A stretch of DNA of 63,574 nucleotides, counting the filler, from Candidatus Woesearchaeota archaeon (GTDB lineage Archaea; Nanobdellota; Nanobdellia; Woesearchaeales; GCA-2687795), in assembly GCA_030753365.1 (NCBI GenBank). It is 5 parts of 5 records of this genome, joined end to end, with 100 filler letters (N's around TTAATTAATTAA, not from the genome) between each part and the next. Parts side by side here need not be neighbours in the genome. Positions count along the whole stretch, not along the records: positions 57,223 to 63,574 come from JASMCJ010000031.1; 4 more parts are not named here. One strand, written 5' to 3'. Shown one piece after another: positions 58,235-63,574 of this stretch (its first letter is position 1; every line of letters starts with the position of its first letter). A program made the position numbers and the translations under genes. Under the pieces are notes generated by a model. That model saw only the letters and a program-made list of their open reading frames with translations. It did not search any database and had not been told where the DNA came from.

Positions 58235-58708
58235 ATGTTTAATAATAATAACAATAAGAAGAACAATTCTCATCCTGTGCTAAAGACGAAGATGACCTTT
58301 GGGCAGAGAGCGGCTGACTTGGTTACTATATGGGTGGGCAGTTGGAAATTTATCATTGGATTATTAGTATTCATGATAATATGGATAATGTTGAATATCT
58401 ATATGATAATCAGTGAGTGGGATCCATATCCTTTCATACTTCTTAACTTTGTGCTTTCAATGCTGGCAGCATTCCAGGCTCCTGTAATTCTTATGAGCCA
58501 GAACAGGCAGGCTGAAAGAGAAAGGGTAACAGCAAAATATGATTATTTAATTAATAGGAAAGCTGAAAGAGAGATACAGGCAATAAAAGAAGACCTGGAT
58601 TATATCAAGAACATGGTAAGCAAAAAGAAGGTTAATCTTGCACAAATAAAAATGAGAAAGAAGTCAACATTCAAGCCTTATCAACCAAGAATACCAAAAG
58701 GGCTTTAA
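58235..58708 (+). CDS. DUF1003 membrane protein
   Basis: GQR.AD....VGSW.F, DPYPFILLN, AAFQAPVILMSQNRQ. Confidence 0.9.
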   Translation: MFNNNNNKKNNSHPVLKTKMTFGQRAADLVTIWVGSWKFIIGLLVFMIIWIMLNIYMIISEWDPYPFILLNFVLSMLAAFQAPVILMSQNRQAERERVTAKYDYLINRKAEREIQAIKEDLDYIKNMVSKKKVNLAQIKMRKKSTFKPYQPRIPKGL

Positions 58709-58766
58709 ATTACTATCCTAAAGTTAAAATAAAGCTTTTTAACTGATGTTTACTAAAATTAAGTTT

Positions 58767-59729
58767 ATGTATGATGTAATTACTGTAGGCTCTGCAACAG
58801 TTGATGCCTTTGTTGATACAGAGAATAAGCTTTTTATAGGCAAAAAAAGGATACATGTACCGTTCGGTTCAAAACTTCTTATAGAAGACTTAAGGTTTGA
58901 TATAGGTGGAGGAGGAACTAACTGCGCTGTTGCATTCTCAAGGCTTGGGTTAAAAACTGGATATGTAGGTAAAATAGGTGTGGGAACAAATAGTCAAAGG
59001 ATAGTTAATTTGTTGAAAAAAGAGAAGATTAGTCTGTCTCTTGTGTCAAGAGGAGGGGAAAGAACAGGATTTTCAATAATATTAGATGCAAAAGGGCATG
59101 ACAGGACAATATTGGCTTACAAAGGTTCAAATGATGATTTAAGGTATTCTGATATAAAGAAAAATAAGCTTAATACTAAATGGTTCTATTTTACGTCTAT
59201 GATGGGAGAATCTTTTCAAACGTTGAAGAAGCTGGCAGTGTTTGCTGAGAAGAATAAGATTAAAATATTGTTTAATCCTAGTTCGTATTTAGCAAGGAAA
59301 GGTAAAGGCTATATAAGGGAAATATTGAAGAGATGTAATATACTTATTCTTAACAAAGAAGAGGCTGGCTTATTGCTTAATAAGAGCTCTGTTAAAAGCC
59401 TTCTTTTAGGATTGTATAAACTAGGGCCTGAAATAGTGGTAATAACAGAAGGTGTAAAAGGAGTATATGCTTATAACGGTGAACAAAGTTATTTCCTTAA
59501 GCCGCATAATATAAAAGTGCTTGAAGCAACAGGCGCAGGAGATTCGTTTGGGGCAGGGTTTTTGGCAGGGATGATAAAAAGGGATGATGTTGAGTTTGCC
59601 TTACAATTAGGGCTGGCTGAAGCAGAGTCTGTGATAACGCATTATGGGGCAAAGAATAAGCTGCTTAAATGGGGAGAAGCTATAAGGATTGTTAATAAGA
59701 AGCCTGGGAAGATCAAGCTCTCACATTAA
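58767..59729 (+). CDS. PfkB-family carbohydrate kinase
   Basis: GGG.N.A....RLG, N..EA, ATGAGDSFGAGF; ATG at 58767 or 58746. Confidence 0.9.
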   Translation: MYDVITVGSATVDAFVDTENKLFIGKKRIHVPFGSKLLIEDLRFDIGGGGTNCAVAFSRLGLKTGYVGKIGVGTNSQRIVNLLKKEKISLSLVSRGGERTGFSIILDAKGHDRTILAYKGSNDDLRYSDIKKNKLNTKWFYFTSMMGESFQTLKKLAVFAEKNKIKILFNPSSYLARKGKGYIREILKRCNILILNKEEAGLLLNKSSVKSLLLGLYKLGPEIVVITEGVKGVYAYNGEQSYFLKPHNIKVLEATGAGDSFGAGFLAGMIKRDDVEFALQLGLAEAESVITHYGAKNKLLKWGEAIRIVNKKPGKIKLSH

Positions 59730-60402
59730 CTTCTTTTATATCAGCTTTTAATATGTTTTTAAATATATTTAACTCTTCCTTAGAGTATGTTGCTTCTTTC
59801 TCAAACTTCTTGTCAAGCGTTATCTTGTTTCTGAACTGTTGGAGATAGAACATTTTGCTGTTTTTCAATAATTTTCCTATATTTTCTATATCTTTCTTAT
59901 CTATTAAAGAAGGAACGCAGGTTAACCTAAACTCATAGTCAATATTGGAGTTTTTTATGATTTCTATGCTCTTTTCTATGTCTTTGGTGTTTACTTTTGC
60001 TTTTGTGACTTTATTGTATTTGTTTAAAGGAGCTTTTATGTCCATAGCGATGTAGTCAACTAAGTTTTTTTCAATAAGCTCCTTAAGGAACAAAGGTTTA
60101 GTTCCATTAGTATCAATCTTTACTTTCAAAGAAAGCTGCTTGATCTTCTTTAGAAAGTCTGGCAGCTCCTTATGAAGAGAAGGCTCGCCACCGCTAATAA
60201 CGACAGCGTCTATCCATTGTTTCTTTGTTTCTAAGTAATTTAAGACATCTTCTTCTTTTATAGTTGGAAGAGATTTATTTATCAAATCAGGATTATGGCA
60301 GTAAGGGCAGTTAAGATTGCAGCCTGAAAGGAATACAACTGTAGAAATCAGATCAGGATAATCTATTAAAGAAGTCTTTTGCAAGCCTTTTATGGAAAGC
60401 AT
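59713..60402 (-). CDS. nrdG: Anaerobic ribonucleotide reductase activating enzyme
   Basis: SLIDYP, CNLNCPYCHN, SGGEP, DTNG; in operon with nrdD. Confidence 0.93.
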   Translation of the reverse strand: MLSIKGLQKTSLIDYPDLISTVVFLSGCNLNCPYCHNPDLINKSLPTIKEEDVLNYLETKKQWIDAVVISGGEPSLHKELPDFLKKIKQLSLKVKIDTNGTKPLFLKELIEKNLVDYIAMDIKAPLNKYNKVTKAKVNTKDIEKSIEIIKNSNIDYEFRLTCVPSLIDKKDIENIGKLLKNSKMFYLQQFRNKITLDKKFEKEATYSKEELNIFKNILKADIKEVNVRA

Positions 60403-60403
60403 T

Positions 60404-60667
60404 TTAGTTTATATCGCCAAGGCTCTTATTCTCAATAAGCCTCTTAATCTCATCAATGGAGGTTGCCCTGCCTGCAAGCTCTTCTTTCTCGTCAAAGAAT
60501 AATATTGTAGGCACAGACATAATATCATAATTCCTTGCCTCTGCCATGCCCTCTTCGGAAGTAGCATCAATCTCTTTCCCTTCTATGTCAACAGTTTTCA
60601 TGAACTCCTTAACAGAAGGGCAGTTAGGGCACATTGGAGTGAAAAACAGTTTATAATTTTTAATCAT
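60404..60667 (-). CDS. Thioredoxin/glutaredoxin-like protein
   Basis: CPNC, SVPT; ATG at 60667. Confidence 0.88.
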   Translation of the reverse strand: MIKNYKLFFTPMCPNCPSVKEFMKTVDIEGKEIDATSEEGMAEARNYDIMSVPTILFFDEKEELAGRATSIDEIKRLIENKSLGDIN

Positions 60668-60674
60668 TTTTGAA

Positions 60675-60753
60675 AAAAATCGAGTACCTCGGTTTTTGAG
60701 CATCCTAAAAAACGCTTTGCGTTTTTGGGAAACCGGAAATCCAAAGAATTTCC
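60675..60753. repeat. Intergenic triple-hairpin cluster (family-B-like)
   Basis: AAAAATCGAG-TAC-CTCGGTTTTT, AAAAACGC-TTT-GCGTTTTT, GGAAAT..ATTTCC; TGAGCAT junction as at 31579. Confidence 0.55.
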
Positions 60754-60783
60754 CAGTTAATAAGAACAGGCATTCTGCCCGTT

Positions 60784-62892
60784 TTATTTAGCAAAACTCG
60801 ACAGTTCAGTCTTAAAAGGATGCTCCAGTGACTTCTTTTCAAGATATTCTAACCTGTCCTTGAATTCTTCCTTCTTGCCGATGTTCCAATTGTTTATAGG
60901 CCTGTAATAACCCACTATCCTTGAAAAAACCTCAGTCTCTTCTCCACAATCAGGGCAGTTAAACTCCTTGCCCTTAATATAACCATGTGTTTTACAGACA
61001 CTAAAAGTTGGGGTTATTGAAAAATAAGGCAGTTTTGTGTTATGTGCAATCTTCTTGACAAGCCTTTTACAACTCTCTCCTGAGCACATCTTCTCTCCAA
61101 GGAACGTGTGGAATATTGTGCCCCCAGTGTACAATGTTTGGATCTCGTTCTGGTGCTCTATAGCTTCAATAGCGTTATCAGTAAGGCCTACAGGAAGGTG
61201 TGTAGAGTTAGTAAGATAAGGCACATCCTCTCCTGCGGTAATAATATCTGGATGGAATTTCTTGTCAATCTTTGCAAGCCTATAAGCAGTAGACTCTGCA
61301 GGGGTTGCTTCAAGATTATAAAGGCTGCCAGTTTCAGCCTGGAACTCTTTCATAGTATCCCGCATGAACTTTAATGTGTTTATGGTTAGTTCCTTGCCTT
61401 CATCTGTACTGATATCCTTGTTTATAAGGTTAAGGGAAGCTTCGTTCATGCCACATAATCCTATTGTGGAGAAATGGTTCTTAAAAGTTCCTAAATAAAC
61501 CTTTGTGTAAGGCATAAGGCCGTTCTTAAGGTTTCTTTCAACAACCTCTCTTTTAATCTCAAGAGATTCTTTAGCTAGAAGCATGTAATGCTTTATCTTC
61601 TCAAAGAAATCTTCTTGATTCTTAGCTTCATATGCAAGCCTGTTGACATTTATTGTGACAACTCCTACAGAGCCAGTGCTGTCTCCAGGACCCCACATAC
61701 TTCCAGGCCTGTTCATAAGCTCGTTCTGATCAATGTTAAGGCGGCAGCACATTGCCCTAATAGAGCTAGGATCAAGGTCGCTTCCAATATAATTCTGGAA
61801 ATAAGGCGTGCCATACTTGGCTGCGAGATCAAAAAGCAGTTTTGCATTCTCATTATCCCAATCAAAATCCTTAGTAAGGTTATAAGTAGGGATAGGGAAT
61901 GAGAAAGTCCTGCCGTTTGCATCCCCTTCTATCATCACTTCAAGGAAAGCCTTGTTTATCATATCCATCTCTTTCTGGCAGTCGCCGTATGTGAAATCCT
62001 GTTCCTTGCCGCCAACAATACCTTTCTGGTCTTTCAAATCCTTTGGCGGAACCCAGTCAAAAGTAAGGTTTGAAAATGGATATTGGGATCCCCATCTTGA
62101 GGGAATGTTCAATGAGAACACTAATTGCTGCACTGCCTGCTTTACCTGTTTGTAAGTAAGATTATCTGTCTTTACGAATGGAGCAAGTAAAGTATCAACA
62201 GAGCTAAAAGCCTGTGCTCCTGCAAACTCCATCTGAAGGCAACCAATATAATTAACCATCTGATGGACAACAGTGCCCATATGCTTTCCCGGCTTGCAAT
62301 CAACCTTATTAGGGATGCCGCCAAAGCCTTTGATAAGAAGGTTTTTCAGAGACCAACCCGCACAATAACCTATAACGCCATGCGACAGGTCATGAATATG
62401 AAAATAACCATTAACATGAGCATTCTTAATATCTTCTGTATACATCTCATTAAGATTATAATTGGCCATAACCTTACCTGCTGCATATAATAATAATCCT
62501 GAAAAGGAATATGCTTCATTGCTATTCTCCTTAACTCGCCAATCGTCCTGTCTTAAATAAGAATTGATAGTATTCTGAGCGTCAATAAAAGTTGATTTAG
62601 CTTCTCTTAATTTTTTATGCTGGCTCCTGTATAATATATAGGCCTTAGCTGTCTTTGCATGGCCAGTCTTGATAAGAACTCGTTCAATAATGTCCTGGAC
62701 TTCTTCCACAGTGGGAGTGTCGTTTGTATCATGTTTATATTCGATGATTGTGAGAACCTTACTAGCAAGCTTTTCAGAGGTTTCTTTATCATGACCGCCA
62801 ATAGACTCAGCCGCCTTGAAAATTGCATTGGCAATTTTCTCTTCTGTAAATTCTACAACTCTTCCATCTCGTTTTCTAATATTTTTAATCAT
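60784..62892 (-). CDS. nrdD: Class III (anaerobic) ribonucleotide reductase with ATP cone
   Basis: N-terminal KRDG ATP cone, HIHDL, YCAGW, MCCRL, EATPAE, CxxH..CPDC, glycyl loop SRIVGY. Confidence 0.96.
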   Translation of the reverse strand: MIKNIRKRDGRVVEFTEEKIANAIFKAAESIGGHDKETSEKLASKVLTIIEYKHDTNDTPTVEEVQDIIERVLIKTGHAKTAKAYILYRSQHKKLREAKSTFIDAQNTINSYLRQDDWRVKENSNEAYSFSGLLLYAAGKVMANYNLNEMYTEDIKNAHVNGYFHIHDLSHGVIGYCAGWSLKNLLIKGFGGIPNKVDCKPGKHMGTVVHQMVNYIGCLQMEFAGAQAFSSVDTLLAPFVKTDNLTYKQVKQAVQQLVFSLNIPSRWGSQYPFSNLTFDWVPPKDLKDQKGIVGGKEQDFTYGDCQKEMDMINKAFLEVMIEGDANGRTFSFPIPTYNLTKDFDWDNENAKLLFDLAAKYGTPYFQNYIGSDLDPSSIRAMCCRLNIDQNELMNRPGSMWGPGDSTGSVGVVTINVNRLAYEAKNQEDFFEKIKHYMLLAKESLEIKREVVERNLKNGLMPYTKVYLGTFKNHFSTIGLCGMNEASLNLINKDISTDEGKELTINTLKFMRDTMKEFQAETGSLYNLEATPAESTAYRLAKIDKKFHPDIITAGEDVPYLTNSTHLPVGLTDNAIEAIEHQNEIQTLYTGGTIFHTFLGEKMCSGESCKRLVKKIAHNTKLPYFSITPTFSVCKTHGYIKGKEFNCPDCGEETEVFSRIVGYYRPINNWNIGKKEEFKDRLEYLEKKSLEHPFKTELSSFAK

Positions 62893-62899
62893 TTTGTCA

Positions 62900-63358
62900 T
62901 TACCTCTTTTTTTTTAATAGCTTGTGGAGCTCTTCCTCAAACTCTTTGAGGTCAGCAAACTCCTGATAAACAGACGCAAACCGTATATAAGCGACCTTGT
63001 TAAGCTTCTTAAGCTTCTTAATCACCAAATTGCCAATGTCTGTACTCTTTATCTCATTAGTGGCTTTATTCTTTAGTTCTCCTTCAATGTCATCTATGAG
63101 CTTGTCAATCTTTTCAGTCGGAATAGGAAGCTTCTCACATGACTTCAATAATCCAGACCTTAGCTTCTGTCTGTCATACTGTTCTCGCTTTTCATCCTTC
63201 TTGACAACCACTAAATTAAGATCTTCAATCCTTTCATAGGTTGTAAATCTCTTGCCGCACTTGAGGCATTCTCTCCTTCTCCTTGTAACCTTCTCATCTT
63301 CAGTCTCTCGCTTGTCAAGCACCTTTGTTTCGTCGTTACGGCAATAGGGACACATCAT
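62900..63358 (-). CDS. nrdR: Transcriptional repressor NrdR
   Basis: CPYC, RRRRECLKCGKRFTTYE, ATP cone, VAYIRFASVY. Confidence 0.97.
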   Translation of the reverse strand: MMCPYCRNDETKVLDKRETEDEKVTRRRRECLKCGKRFTTYERIEDLNLVVVKKDEKREQYDRQKLRSGLLKSCEKLPIPTEKIDKLIDDIEGELKNKATNEIKSTDIGNLVIKKLKKLNKVAYIRFASVYQEFADLKEFEEELHKLLKKKR

Positions 63359-63385
63359 TTGTCAGTTTTTACTACTTTTGGTTAA

Positions 63386-63433
63386 CCACAACATCTTGTG
63401 TGTTTTGTTTCTGTAAACCACAAGATATAGTAT
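63386..63433 (-). promoter_or_regulatory. Tandem NrdR boxes
   Basis: ACACAAGATGTTGTGG (63401-63386) and ATACTATATCTTGTGG (63433-63418), 32 bp apart, matching acaCwAtATaTwGtg; TATA-like TTTATATA at about 63451-63458. Confidence 0.85.
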
Positions 63434-63523
63434 ATTTAGAGAACTCCTAATATATAAATATTATTGTTTTAGAGAATATATTTCTGGGAGAAATAGTTAT
63501 AGATTATAAGTATTCTGTAAGAC

Positions 63524-63574
63524 TTATTCCTTCTCTTCACCATAGAACTTCTCATCAACAACCTTGAAATACTC
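63524..63574 (-). CDS. 3' end of an unidentified gene running off the window
   Basis: EYFKVVDEKFYGEEKE-stop. Confidence 0.4.
   Translation of the reverse strand, partial: EYFKVVDEKFYGEEKE

Noticed and set aside
60668..60703. N-terminal extension MLKNRGTRFFSK of the redoxin
   Set aside because: Derived from the hairpin cluster; the ATG at 60667 gives a normal-length protein.
1..63574. CRISPR array, cas genes, reverse transcriptase/DGR, integrase or provirus core genes
   Set aside because: No regularly spaced direct repeats and no recognisable motifs for these proteins were seen.

Overview
AT-rich archaeal DNA, most consistent with a DPANN/Nanobdellota (Woesearchaeota-like) genome bin. The basis is aIF-1A, uS2, Hef, the exosome/proteasome/SBDS superoperon, Rpo6, TFE, Hjc, GINS, Elp3, an S-layer protein and TATA-type promoters; the lineage call is inference. 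The window is five contigs joined by artificial 100-bp N44-TTAATTAATTAA-N44 spacers (10169-10268, 41430-41529, 46948-47047, 57123-57222), so adjacency across the spacers is meaningless. Housekeeping content also includes a pyrE-pyrD/K-pyrF cluster, an nrdR-nrdD-glutaredoxin-nrdG operon with tandem NrdR boxes, a stand-alone 5S rRNA and two intron-containing tRNAs. Main observations: (1) a tRNA-Ile(GAU) gene split by four introns (30/31, 37/38, 43/44, 59/60), each with a readable bulge-helix-bulge-type motif, abutting a frameshifted LAGLIDADG endonuclease gene; (2) a REP/PATE-like family of about 100-bp palindromic elements sharing a 20-bp hairpin with the ends of an IS200-type tnpA; (3) a second family of intergenic multi-hairpin elements; (4) bacterial-type genes in an archaeon (signal peptidase II, a GGDEF protein, NrdR with operators); (5) unusual architectures (tandem MNT-HEPN protein, half Hel308, HAD-YvcK fusion). 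All protein calls come from motif recognition by eye; no database search was run.
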